DNA from: Telmatospirillum sp.
Lineage (GTDB): Bacteria; Pseudomonadota; Alphaproteobacteria; CACIAM-22H2
Length of the DNA: 64,000 bases
Direction of reading: 5' to 3'
Assembly (NCBI GenBank): GCA_020248985.1
Contig: JADCGL010000013.1
Span: 144,654-208,653 of the forward strand
This document shows, in pieces, positions 55,439-64,000 of the stretch. The notes under the pieces are model-generated. The model did not search any database. It was not told the DNA's origin and saw only the letters and a list, made by a program, of their open reading frames with translations. Made by a program: the position numbers and the translations under genes. Positions within the stretch are counted from its first letter, which is position 1. Each line of letters begins with the position of its first letter.

Positions 55439-56131
55439 ATGGCTTACGATCCGTACTACCAACTCGTGCCCACGCCGAAGGAACCGCCGTTCGACGCGTC
55501 GAAGACGGCGTTGATCGTCGTCGATCTCCAGCACGGTTGCGCGCATCCGGACGGGCTGATGGGCCGCCTCGCGCGCGACCAGGGCCGGCCCGAGCTCCTG
55601 CAGGAACGCTGGGATTCGATCGCGAAGATCCTGCCGGGTGTGCGCAAGCTGCAGGATGCCTGCCGTGCGGCTGGCATCGAAGTGATCCATGTGCGCGTGA
55701 AATACCTGACCCAGAACCATCGCGACGGCGCGCGCGCATTGGCGCGCGAAACCAAAGCGCGCCACGCCAACGCCTTCGATCTCGAGTTCCTGAAGGAGGT
55801 CGCCCCCGTCGGCGACGAGATCATCATCGACAAAACGAGTGCGGGCGCCTTCAACTCGACCAATATCGACCAGGTTCTGCGCAACCTGCATCGCGACCGC
55901 CTGCTGTTCTGCGGCGTGGTGACCGAGGGCTGCGTCGAAATGACGGCGCGCACGGCGGCCGATCGCGGGTTCGTGACCACGCTTGTCAGCGATGGCTGCG
56001 CGTCGTCGACCGTCGTTGCGCATGAAGACGCGTTGCAGCGTATGACCGACGGCGGCCTCATCAAGTCCTACACGGTCGACGAGTTGGTCGCGCGGATCAA
56101 AGCGGCACGGCCGGCGGCAGCAGCCGAATAG
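55439..56131 (+). CDS. isochorismatase-family cysteine hydrolase
   Basis: 230 aa, ALIVVDLQ and C-terminal Cys-containing motif (VTEGCVEMT) of the isochorismatase/N-carbamoylsarcosine-amidase fold; RBS GGAGGAAAA. Confidence 0.75.
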   Translation: MAYDPYYQLVPTPKEPPFDASKTALIVVDLQHGCAHPDGLMGRLARDQGRPELLQERWDSIAKILPGVRKLQDACRAAGIEVIHVRVKYLTQNHRDGARALARETKARHANAFDLEFLKEVAPVGDEIIIDKTSAGAFNSTNIDQVLRNLHRDRLLFCGVVTEGCVEMTARTAADRGFVTTLVSDGCASSTVVAHEDALQRMTDGGLIKSYTVDELVARIKAARPAAAAE

Positions 56132-56164
56132 GCCGTCGCTGCGCACGCGGACGGGAGGGGTCGC

Positions 56165-58333
56165 ATGTATCGCATTGTCGGCTATTGCGACCGCTGGAGT
56201 GCGCGCCCCAGCGAGACCGTGCGCTTCATGGTCTCGAGTATCGGCGATGCGCCGTTCGATCTGCGCTTCGTGCGTCTGCTGTGCCCGGACCCCAATCCCG
56301 CGGGGCCGGGCTACAGCGAAGTCGCGATGCCGACCGCCCTCGACGGGCAGCATGCCGGGTTCGAGCGGCCAGCCTTTCTCGGCAGCTACGGCCATGCGCC
56401 CGACTTGAAGCTGGACGGCGATGCGATCCGCCTGTCGGCAACCATCTGGCCGACAATGCCGAACAAGGGGGTACAGGGCATACTGGCGCTCGAAGGTGCC
56501 GCCGGGTCGTTTGCGCTGGCGATCGGCCCTGGCGGCGGTGCGGCCGCCATCGTGGTACCGGCGAATGCAGCGCCGACGATCGTCGAAGTACAGTTGCCGC
56601 TGCAGCAACGCGTCTGGGCCGATATCGTCGCGACATTGGCGTCCGACGGCACGGTGACGGTCGAACAGTGCGCACATCGCCCGCAGCGCGACGCGGGCCA
56701 AGCGCAGGCATTGGGCCCGACGATCGCATTCGGCGATACGGCGAATGCGTTCGTTGCGGCATTGCCGCCGGACGGGACGGGGGCACCGGCGCTTGCGCAC
56801 TACAACGGCAAAATCGAGCGGCCGAGCGTCGATTGCCGTGCCGCGGGAGCGAATGTGTGGAAACCGGCGGCGCAGTGGGATTTCGCCGCCGACATTCCCA
56901 CGCAAAATGCGCCCGATGCGCACAACGCCGCACCGTCGTTGCTGCTGATCAACTTCCCGGCGCGCGCCATGACGGGCGCGAATTGGACCGGGGCGATCCA
57001 CGATTGGCGCCGCGATCCTGCACAATACGGTGCCATTCATTTCCACGACGACGATCACGGCGATACGGGCTGGCCGACAAGTTTCGAACTGCGCGTGCCG
57101 GACGATTGGCCGTCGGGCTTCTACGCAGCCCATGTGCGCAGTGCTGTCGCCGAAGACATGATTCCCTTTTTCGTTCGACCGCGCGTGCCGCGGTCGGATG
57201 TCGCCTTTCTTGTTCCGACCTTCACCTATCAGGTCTACGGCAACCATTTCCGCCCCGGGCGCGGGGTCGAGATCGCGGCACGGTCGGCGGCGTGGGCCGC
57301 ATTGCCCGAAACGCCCGACATGAATCCGCAATTCGGCATGTCGACCTACCAGCGCCACGCCGACGGGTCCGGCATTTCAGTCGCCTCGCTGCTGCGCCCG
57401 ATGTTCGATACGCGCCCCAAGCAGATCAGCGTGATGGATCCGGCCCCGGGGGCCTCGGGGGCGGGCCGCATCTGTGCCGATGCCTACGTGTCGCAATGGA
57501 TGCGCGAGGAGGGGGTGGCGCACGACATCGTGACCGACCACGATCTGCACGCCGAAGGGTTCGCCGCCATCGCCCCCTATCGCGTGCTGATTGCGGGCCA
57601 GCATCCGGAATATCTCTCCGAGCGCATGATGCAGGCGATCGAGGCGTTTCTCGAAGCCGGCGGCCGCCTCATGTATCTCGGCGGCAACGGCTTTTATTGG
57701 CGGGCCGAGCCCAGTGCCACGCATCCGAACGTACTCGAAGTGCGCCGCGCCGAAGGCGGCATTCGCACATGGGAAACGCAGCCGGGCGAGAGCTACCACG
57801 CTTTTGCCGACGGTTATGGCGGGTTGTGGCGCCGCATCGGGCGGCCGAGCCACAAGCTCGTCGGCATCGGTTTCTCGACGCAAGGCCGCTATTCGGGCTT
57901 TCCCTATCGCTTCACCGAAGCGGTGCGCGATCCGCGCGTGGCGTTCATGTTCGAGTGTGTGGATGCCGAACCGGGGGCCGAATTCGGCACGTTCGGCTAT
58001 ATGGGCGGCGGTGCGGCGGGCTTCGAACTCGACAGCGTCAATTCGCGCTACGGCACGCCCGCCCATGCGCTTGTCGTCGCCAAAGGTGTCGTGCTGCGGC
58101 CGGACTACTCCTGGGTCAACGAAGACATGTTGACCGAAATCCATCCGCGGCCGCGCGAGGCCTGGTCGTGCGCCGACATGACGTTCTTCGAAACGCCGTC
58201 GGGCGGGGCCATATTCTCGGTCGGTTCGATGACATTCGTGGGTGCGTTGCCGATCGCCGGCCAATTGCGGCGGCTCACGACAAACGTGCTGACGCGCTTC
58301 CGCGATCCGACCCCCTTCGAAATCAAGCGCTGA
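56165..58333 (+). CDS. N,N-dimethylformamidase large (beta) subunit family protein, function unknown
   Basis: 722-aa protein; size and C-terminal half resemble DmfA2-like proteins. Assigned from recall only. No small-subunit gene nearby. Confidence 0.45.
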   Translation: MYRIVGYCDRWSARPSETVRFMVSSIGDAPFDLRFVRLLCPDPNPAGPGYSEVAMPTALDGQHAGFERPAFLGSYGHAPDLKLDGDAIRLSATIWPTMPNKGVQGILALEGAAGSFALAIGPGGGAAAIVVPANAAPTIVEVQLPLQQRVWADIVATLASDGTVTVEQCAHRPQRDAGQAQALGPTIAFGDTANAFVAALPPDGTGAPALAHYNGKIERPSVDCRAAGANVWKPAAQWDFAADIPTQNAPDAHNAAPSLLLINFPARAMTGANWTGAIHDWRRDPAQYGAIHFHDDDHGDTGWPTSFELRVPDDWPSGFYAAHVRSAVAEDMIPFFVRPRVPRSDVAFLVPTFTYQVYGNHFRPGRGVEIAARSAAWAALPETPDMNPQFGMSTYQRHADGSGISVASLLRPMFDTRPKQISVMDPAPGASGAGRICADAYVSQWMREEGVAHDIVTDHDLHAEGFAAIAPYRVLIAGQHPEYLSERMMQAIEAFLEAGGRLMYLGGNGFYWRAEPSATHPNVLEVRRAEGGIRTWETQPGESYHAFADGYGGLWRRIGRPSHKLVGIGFSTQGRYSGFPYRFTEAVRDPRVAFMFECVDAEPGAEFGTFGYMGGGAAGFELDSVNSRYGTPAHALVVAKGVVLRPDYSWVNEDMLTEIHPRPREAWSCADMTFFETPSGGAIFSVGSMTFVGALPIAGQLRRLTTNVLTRFRDPTPFEIKR

Positions 58334-58347
58334 ACCGCGTTCGGTTC
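58332..58347. terminator. short hairpin between convergent genes (GAACCG-CGTT-CGGTTC)
   Basis: 6-bp stem, 4-nt loop, overlaps the stop of the 722-aa gene and lies 3 nt from the cbpM stop. No U-tract. Confidence 0.25.
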
Positions 58348-58349
58348 GC

Positions 58350-58682
58350 TCAGTGTGCGGCGCGTTCGAGCCCGGCTTGGATCGCGTCGCGAATGGCCGT
58401 CGGTTGTTCGGCCAGAACCGCGCCGAACCCGTCGACCAAGCGGCGCAGCTCGTAGATCTGGTCGAGCAGCGAGAGCACGATCGGCATCGTCGCTTCGGGC
58501 GTTTCCATTTCGTGGCGCAAATCATAGATGAGCCGTGTCCTGGCAATGTCGATGTCGCGGAACGACCAGCCGTCGCCGTCGGCATCCGGCTCGGGCTGGA
58601 TCCAGCGTTGTGCGACCCATCCGGCAAGTTCGCCGGTCTCCAGATCTTCGAAGAGCAGCGCCACCGTTTCGAGCGAATTCAT
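58350..58682 (-). CDS. cbpM: chaperone modulatory protein CbpM
   Basis: 110-aa C-terminal segment of track ORF 58350..60524 (MNSLETVALLFEDLETGELAGWVAQRWI...), MerR-like fold, immediately downstream of cbpA with ATGA overlap. Confidence 0.7.
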   Translation of the reverse strand: MNSLETVALLFEDLETGELAGWVAQRWIQPEPDADGDGWSFRDIDIARTRLIYDLRHEMETPEATMPIVLSLLDQIYELRRLVDGFGAVLAEQPTAIRDAIQAGLERAAH

Positions 58683-59566
58683 GGTTTTGCCTCCGTTGCG
58701 CGCGGATCGAAGGCCGCGTCGGGCTTCCATCCGGCGAGGAATGCCGCCAGGGCCGGTTCCGGCGTGGGCGGCAGTACGAGTTCGAGCACCGCAAACAGAT
58801 CGCCGCCCGCAATGCCGCGGCCTTTGATGCGCAGCCTTGTGCCGCTTGTCGAATTGGGCGGTACGGTCAGCGTCACGTTGCCCTTCGGCGTCGCAACGTC
58901 GATCTTGGCGCCCAAGACTGCCTCTTTGAGCGTGACCTTGAGATCGAAAAATGCCGCGTCGCCCTCGCGCCGGAAGATCGGATGTGCGGCGATCGAAATC
59001 GCGATCAAGGCGTCGCCGTCGGGTGTCTGGCCAAGGCCGGGCACGCCCTGGCCTTTGAGGCGCAGCGTCTGCCCGTCGGCAATGCCGGCTGCGATCTCGA
59101 CCTTGAGCTTGCGGCCATCGGGCAGCGTGAGAACGCGCGAAGCGCCGTTTGCCGCTTCGAGGAACGTGATCGTCAACGCAAAATGCAGATCGGCGCCCCG
59201 CGCGGCTTGGGCCGCGCGGGTCTCGAAGGCGCGGCTGAAAAAATCGTCGAAGGCGCTGGCATCGAAACCGCCTTCGGGCCGGTACTTTGTGCGTGCGGCA
59301 TCGTCGCCGAAATCGCGGTAGAAGCGCCGCTCCGGCGGCCGCTCGGCGCCGGCAGAATCTATTTCGCCGCGGTCGAACCGCGCGCGCTTTTCGGCGTTCG
59401 ACAGCAGCGCGTTGGCGGCCGAAATCTCTTTGAAGCGCGCTTCGGCGGCGGGTTTGCCGGGATTGAGATCGGGATGGTGGCGCTTGGCAAGTGTCCGATA
59501 GGCCGATTGTATTTCGGCTTGCGACGCTGTTTTGGGAACGCCGAGGGCCGCGTAAGGATCGTCCAT
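58679..59566 (-). CDS. cbpA: curved-DNA-binding DnaJ homologue CbpA
   Basis: J-domain with HPD (DPYAALGVPKTASQAEIQSAYRTLAKRHHPDLNPG) and DnaJ C-terminal domains, no Zn-finger, 295 aa. Confidence 0.8.
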   Translation of the reverse strand: MDDPYAALGVPKTASQAEIQSAYRTLAKRHHPDLNPGKPAAEARFKEISAANALLSNAEKRARFDRGEIDSAGAERPPERRFYRDFGDDAARTKYRPEGGFDASAFDDFFSRAFETRAAQAARGADLHFALTITFLEAANGASRVLTLPDGRKLKVEIAAGIADGQTLRLKGQGVPGLGQTPDGDALIAISIAAHPIFRREGDAAFFDLKVTLKEAVLGAKIDVATPKGNVTLTVPPNSTSGTRLRIKGRGIAGGDLFAVLELVLPPTPEPALAAFLAGWKPDAAFDPRATEAKP

Positions 59567-59699
59567 AGCGCCGAGTAAAGCACCGATCGGGCTGCGGCAG
59601 ACGCGGCAAATGCGTCTCTGCGTAGATTCCGATACTACGGATGCGTCCGCCGCCTGGGGCTTGATGCGGCATCGCCAAAGCCCGCAGGAGAAGACCCTC

Positions 59700-60737
59700 A
59701 TGAAAGCGCTCGTCTATAAAGGCCCCGGGCAAAAAGCCCTCGAAGAGCACGCAAAGCCGGTACTTGCCGCACCGGGCGACGCGATCGTGCGCATGACCAA
59801 AACGACGATCTGCGGCACCGATCTGCATATTCTCAAAGGCGACGTTGCGACCTGCGCGCCCGGCCGCATCCTCGGACACGAGGGAACGGGCATTGTCGAA
59901 AGCGTCGGTGCGGCCGTGGTCGCGTTCAAGCCCGGCGACAGGGTCGTCGTGTCGTGTGTGAGCTCGTGCGGCAAATGCGTCTATTGCCGCCGCGGCATGT
60001 TCTCGCATTGTACGACCGGCGGCTGGATCCTCGGCAACACGATCGACGGCACGCAAGCTGAATATGTGCGCACGCCGCACGCCGACACGAGCCTCTACCC
60101 GATCTCCGAAGGTGGTGACGAAGAAGCGCTGGCGATGCTCAGCGACATTCTTCCCACGGGCTTCGAATGCGGCGTGTTGAACGGCAAGGTCCAGCCCGGC
60201 GCCTCCGTCGCCATAGTCGGTGCGGGCCCGATCGGACTTGCGGCATTGCTGACCGCCCAGCTCTATTCGCCCGCCTTGATCGTGATGGTCGATCTCGACG
60301 ACAACCGGCTTGCCGTCGCCAAGCGTTTCGGCGCGACCGCGACAGTCAACAGCACGGACGGCAAGGCGGTCGCGGCCATCCTCAAGATGACCGGCGGACG
60401 CGGCGTCGATACCGCGATTGAAGCTGTTGGCATTCCGGCGACGTTCGAGATGTGCGCCGAGATCGTCGCCCCCGGCGGGGTCGTCGCCAATATCGGCGTG
60501 CACGGCAAGCAGGTTGCTCTGCATCTCGAGCTGCTGTGGGACCGCAACATCTCGATCACGACGCGGTTGGTCGACACGTCGAGCACGCCGATGCTGCTCA
60601 GCATTCTAGGCTCCAGCCGGATCGATCCAAAACAGCTGATCACGCACCGCTTTGCGTTCGACCGCATCCTCGATGCCTATGCAGCGTTCGCCGATGCGGC
60701 CAAATCCAAGGCACTGAAAGTGATCGTCGCTTTCTAG
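59700..60737 (+). CDS. zinc-dependent alcohol dehydrogenase (MDR family)
   Basis: GHEGTGIV, Cys cluster [17 protein letters not shown] Rossmann. RBS CAGGAGAAG. Confidence 0.85.
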   Translation: MKALVYKGPGQKALEEHAKPVLAAPGDAIVRMTKTTICGTDLHILKGDVATCAPGRILGHEGTGIVESVGAAVVAFKPGDRVVVSCVSSCGKCVYCRRGMFSHCTTGGWILGNTIDGTQAEYVRTPHADTSLYPISEGGDEEALAMLSDILPTGFECGVLNGKVQPGASVAIVGAGPIGLAALLTAQLYSPALIVMVDLDDNRLAVAKRFGATATVNSTDGKAVAAILKMTGGRGVDTAIEAVGIPATFEMCAEIVAPGGVVANIGVHGKQVALHLELLWDRNISITTRLVDTSSTPMLLSILGSSRIDPKQLITHRFAFDRILDAYAAFADAAKSKALKVIVAF

Positions 60738-61411
60738 GCTATTCGGCCATCGACGACGTCGACAATGCGGTGGCAGCGTGCCGCCAGCGCCATGTTGTGG
60801 GTGACCATCAGAAACGTCGTCGCGCGCTCGGCATTGATTCGCTGGATAAGTTCGAAAACGCCGTCAGCCGTGACGCTATCGAGATTTCCGGTGGGTTCGT
60901 CCGCCAGTACGAGCGTGGGATCCATCGCAAGGGCGCGCGCGATAGCCACGCGTTGCTGCTGGCCGCCCGACATGTTCGTCACACGATTGTCGCGCCACGG
61001 TGTCAGCCCAACATCGTCGATCAAGGCCTCCGCACGCGTTCGCATGGCGGCGTCGCGATGGCCGCGATCGACGAGCATCGGCATCATCACATTCTCGGCC
61101 GCCGTGAAGGCTGAGATCAGATAGTGACTTTGGAACACGAAGCCGATCGCATGGCCACGCAGGGCGGTGAGCGCGCTGTCCGGCAGATTGGCCGTGATCT
61201 GCCCGTTGATGCAGACTGTGCCCGAACTCGGCCGGTCGAGCAGGCCGATGATGTTTAAAAGCGTGCTCTTGCCCGAGCCCGAGGGGCCGGTCAGCGCGAC
61301 AAGCTCGCCCGCCTTCAAGGAAAGATCGATGCCGTGCAGCACTTCGCTCTCGGCTTCATTGCCGAGATTGTAAGATTTTCGGATGCTATCGAGGACGAGC
61401 ACGTCAGCCAC
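60734..61411 (-). CDS. ABC transporter ATP-binding protein (LolD/MacB-type exporter ATPase)
   Basis: [30 protein letters not shown] start chosen ([14 protein letters not shown]) 2 nt after the permease stop; ATG 61468 alternative. Confidence 0.8.
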   Translation of the reverse strand: MADVLVLDSIRKSYNLGNEAESEVLHGIDLSLKAGELVALTGPSGSGKSTLLNIIGLLDRPSSGTVCINGQITANLPDSALTALRGHAIGFVFQSHYLISAFTAAENVMMPMLVDRGHRDAAMRTRAEALIDDVGLTPWRDNRVTNMSGGQQQRVAIARALAMDPTLVLADEPTGNLDSVTADGVFELIQRINAERATTFLMVTHNMALAARCHRIVDVVDGRIA

Positions 61412-62630
61412 GGATTGCCTCCACCGGATCGAGCCGGGCAGCGCGCAAGGCGGGGGCGATGGCAGCAATGATGCCTGTCAGCGTCGCGACGGCCGCGGCC
61501 GTGGCGAAAAGACTCGTCTCAAGCAGCAACGGAAACAACTCGCTGCCGTCTGCTTGGCGCGCGGAGCGATGCCACAAGAATAGCGCGCCGGCCCCGAGGG
61601 CGGAACCTGCGAGAGAACCCAAAAAGCCGAGAGCGCCGCCCTGGATCAGAAAAACACCGAGAATCTGCCGTCGTTTGGTGCCCATGGCACGCAGGATGCC
61701 GATATCTTTCGAGCGCTGGATGACTGAGACGATCAGCACGGCCGCAATGCCGAACGCGACCGACAAACCAACGAACAGTCGGATCAGCGTATTCGTCGAT
61801 TGCTGGGCTTTGACGGCCGTGAAGAACTGCGCGTTGGTGGTGATCCAACTGTCGGCTTTGATTGGCAGACGCGAGCCGATGTCGCGCGCGATCGTTTCGG
61901 CGGCGTATATATCGTGCACCGTGATGTCGATGGTCGTGACGCCGCCGGGTAGGTTCAAGAGGCTCTGTGCCGCGCGCAGCGCCACGAACGTGCTGCGCTG
62001 GTTCGCCCCCTTGTTGCCGAGATCGAATATGCCTTTAACTGTGAACACGCGGGCGTTGCCGGCCGCCGTGCTGACATTGATCTTGTCGCCGAGTGCGGCG
62101 CCAAGATCCTTGGCGAGATCTGTGCCGATCAGAATGTCGTCGCTCTCGAGACGGGTGGACCCGAGCACAAGATAGTCTGGTATGCGCACGATGCGGAAAT
62201 AGAAGTCCGGTTCCATGCCGGTCAGCGTGATGCTGCGGTTTGCGTCGCCGCGCCCGGCCAGGGCCGAGCCCGACGCGGTGGGGGCGACCGTCGCCACGTC
62301 GTCGCGCGCGGCGAGCGATCTTTGCATGCTTTGCCATTGGTCGATCGACAAGACGCGCTGCGCTGGGCGCTGAACGGTCGCCGCTTCGACGAGGGCGGGC
62401 ATGGCGCGCAGCGGCCGCGCGATTTCGTCGGGCGTCGTGAGTTGGATATGCGGCTGCGCGGTCAGCACGCGCTTGATGAAGTTCGACTGCAGCCCGGCCA
62501 GCATCGCCGACATGAAGACGATGACGCCGACCCCGATCGCGATGCCGGTCAGTATGAAGGCCGACTGCATCGGACCGTCGGCCAGAAAGCGCATCGCCGC
62601 GATCCATTCGAACGGGACCCACCCTCTCAC
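61404..62630 (-). CDS. ABC transporter permease, FtsX/MacB-like
   Basis: N-terminal TM, large periplasmic domain, C-terminal 3 TM FtsX-like. 408 aa. Confidence 0.75.
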   Translation of the reverse strand: MRGWVPFEWIAAMRFLADGPMQSAFILTGIAIGVGVIVFMSAMLAGLQSNFIKRVLTAQPHIQLTTPDEIARPLRAMPALVEAATVQRPAQRVLSIDQWQSMQRSLAARDDVATVAPTASGSALAGRGDANRSITLTGMEPDFYFRIVRIPDYLVLGSTRLESDDILIGTDLAKDLGAALGDKINVSTAAGNARVFTVKGIFDLGNKGANQRSTFVALRAAQSLLNLPGGVTTIDITVHDIYAAETIARDIGSRLPIKADSWITTNAQFFTAVKAQQSTNTLIRLFVGLSVAFGIAAVLIVSVIQRSKDIGILRAMGTKRRQILGVFLIQGGALGFLGSLAGSALGAGALFLWHRSARQADGSELFPLLLETSLFATAAAVATLTGIIAAIAPALRAARLDPVEAIRG

Positions 62631-63916
62631 GGCACGACCGCGCGCAGCCTCTGGCCCGCGACGATCGCCGCCGATGCCGGCACGAGCCGGTCGTCGGCCG
62701 CGACACCTTCGAGGATCTCGACCTTGTCCGCACTGTGCAGCCCGACACGCACGGTCCGCGCGACGGCGCTGCCGCCCGCGACGGCCAGCACCCAGGGTGC
62801 TTCGCTTTGCGCGTCGCGCACGCTGCGGGCTGGCACGACGATCGTGCCAGCACTGCGTGCGACTTCGATGTCGACCGACACCGTCATGTCCTGCCGCAGA
62901 TAGGGCGGGGGTGCTGCGACCGTGAGCTTGACTTCGACCGACGCGCGGTTGATATCGACCGATGGGTTGATGAAGGTCAGCACGGCATCGAAGCGTAGTT
63001 CGGGATAGGCGTCGGCCGAGACGAGCGCCTGCTGCCCGGCGTCGAGCAAGCCCAGATTCTTTTCGTCGATCTGCACGACGATCTGGGTTGCGCCTGCGGG
63101 TGCGAGCACCAGCAGCGCCTTGCCGGGAGCTACCACGCTACCGCGTTCGACATTGCGCGCGATTAACACGCCGTCGCGTGGCGAAACGATCGTTGCGTAG
63201 TCGAGGCGCGCTTTGGCCGCGTTCGCGCTCGCTGCGGATTGGCTCAGCTGTGTCTGCGCCATAACAAAGTCGCTGCCGCCCGGAGCCGAAGTGAAGACCT
63301 GAAGCTCGGCGGTGCGCATCTGCGCTTGCGCGACGTTGCGGTCTTTTGTAGCGGCGTCGAGCGTCGCGCGCGTACCGTAGCCCGACGCGGCCAACGACTT
63401 TGCCCGCACCAACGCGGTTTCAGCGTTCGCGAGCGTCGCATTGGCCTGTTTCAACGCCTCTTGGGCGGCCGGCAATGTCAGTTCGCGCAGCTGGCGCATG
63501 CGCGCATCGGCTTGGGCGACAGATGCGGCTGCTAGAACGAGCGAGGCTTCGAGCTCGTGGCTGACCAGCTGGACAAGGCGCTGGCCGGCTACGACCGATT
63601 GGCCTTCTTCGACCAGGACTTCGGCAACCATTGCGGTGATCTGACTCGCGATCTCGACCCGGAACGGCGTTTCGACATGTCCGCTTGCGACGACCGTGCG
63701 GACGATATCCGACCGCACGGCCGTATCGACAGCGATCGCGGGGCCGACATACAAGCGCGCGCCCGCAGCGGCGATTCCGGTCGCTAGGGCAACGGCAAAG
63801 GCAATTCGCCAACTTCGCGCGGCAAGGGTCGGCCAAAAAAAATGTTTCGCCGCATCGGCCCGTACGGGCGGCGGATCGAGTTTCTGGAGCGGTTCCAACA
63901 AGCCCTCAATTCCCAA
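62627..63916 (-). CDS. efflux transporter periplasmic adaptor subunit (HlyD/MFP family)
   Basis: Membrane anchor then coiled-coil (ASLVLAAASVAQADARMRQLRE...) and beta-barrel/lipoyl domains. 4-nt overlap with the permease gene. Confidence 0.75.
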   Translation of the reverse strand: MGIEGLLEPLQKLDPPPVRADAAKHFFWPTLAARSWRIAFAVALATGIAAAGARLYVGPAIAVDTAVRSDIVRTVVASGHVETPFRVEIASQITAMVAEVLVEEGQSVVAGQRLVQLVSHELEASLVLAAASVAQADARMRQLRELTLPAAQEALKQANATLANAETALVRAKSLAASGYGTRATLDAATKDRNVAQAQMRTAELQVFTSAPGGSDFVMAQTQLSQSAASANAAKARLDYATIVSPRDGVLIARNVERGSVVAPGKALLVLAPAGATQIVVQIDEKNLGLLDAGQQALVSADAYPELRFDAVLTFINPSVDINRASVEVKLTVAAPPPYLRQDMTVSVDIEVARSAGTIVVPARSVRDAQSEAPWVLAVAGGSAVARTVRVGLHSADKVEILEGVAADDRLVPASAAIVAGQRLRAVVP

Positions 63917-64000
63917 GCGGCGGATGATGGCCTCAAGGCGGGGCAGCGCGCCAGCGTCGGGAACTACGCATGTGCAGAGTATGGGTAGTTTCCCGGACTG

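Noticed and set aside
6510-56131. A creatinine-degradation pathway (creatininase-family 6510, creatinase-like M24 25354, N-carbamoylsarcosine-amidase-like 55439)
   Set aside because: The three genes sit in three different operons tens of kb apart. No N-methylhydantoinase or sarcosine oxidase is present, and family membership alone does not fix substrate.
59567-59699. Imperfect inverted repeat GCAGACGC...GCGTCTCTGC upstream of the alcohol dehydrogenase / cbpA divergent region
   Set aside because: Arms do not pair perfectly and there is no second copy elsewhere. Insufficient to call.
1-64000. Mobile elements, CRISPR arrays, tRNA/rRNA genes
   Set aside because: No integrase/transposase/recombinase-like ORF, no direct-repeat arrays and no spacer long enough with tRNA-like structure. 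AT-rich patches coincide with promoter regions rather than insertion scars.

Overview
This is a high-GC (~66-68%) proteobacterial chromosomal segment that looks like a catabolic accessory island. It is densely packed with solute importers and hydrolases, and nearly every long ORF in the track has an equally long GC-frame artefact on the opposite strand. I call about 60 genes.

The dominant content is five peptide/opine-type (SBP family 5, Dpp/Gsi-like) ABC import systems, each with a different layout:
- a divergent SBP next to iaaA;
- a creatininase-family hydrolase plus dppBCDF plus a PuuE-like deacetylase;
- a fused two-domain GsiA-like ATPase facing dppBC-SBP-TauD on the other strand;
- a divergent ATPase pair facing SDR-SDR-SBP-dppBC plus aminotransferase, VOC, AstE/AspA and PuuE-like genes;
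- an SBP-dppBCDF set followed by an isochorismatase-like gene and a dimethylformamidase-large-subunit-like gene.

There is also one polyamine-type (PotABCD-like) importer linked to a creatinase/prolidase-like M24 hydrolase, a GlcG-like protein, an amidase and a PuuR-like regulator.

Other genes: several amidohydrolases, a BKACE-family enzyme, a GMC oxidoreductase, a DegT aminotransferase with RidA, GntR/MarR/XRE regulators, an AsmA-family protein with atypical codon usage, cbpA-cbpM, a Zn-ADH and a three-gene MFP/FtsX/ABC exporter.

No rRNA, tRNA, CRISPR array, integrase or transposase was recognised.

The signals worth a second look:
- Strong -24/-12 (sigma-54) promoter matches in front of three operons, one of them a back-to-back divergent pair; two weaker candidates; no enhancer-binding protein in the window.
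- A perfect palindrome TTGTA-A-TACAA present twice in promoter regions ~10 kb apart, flanking a FadR-type GntR regulator gene.
- Unusual enzyme combinations suggesting uncharacterised pathways for cyclic-amide or N-acyl-amino compounds.

All functional assignments are from reading the translated ORFs. No database search was run.
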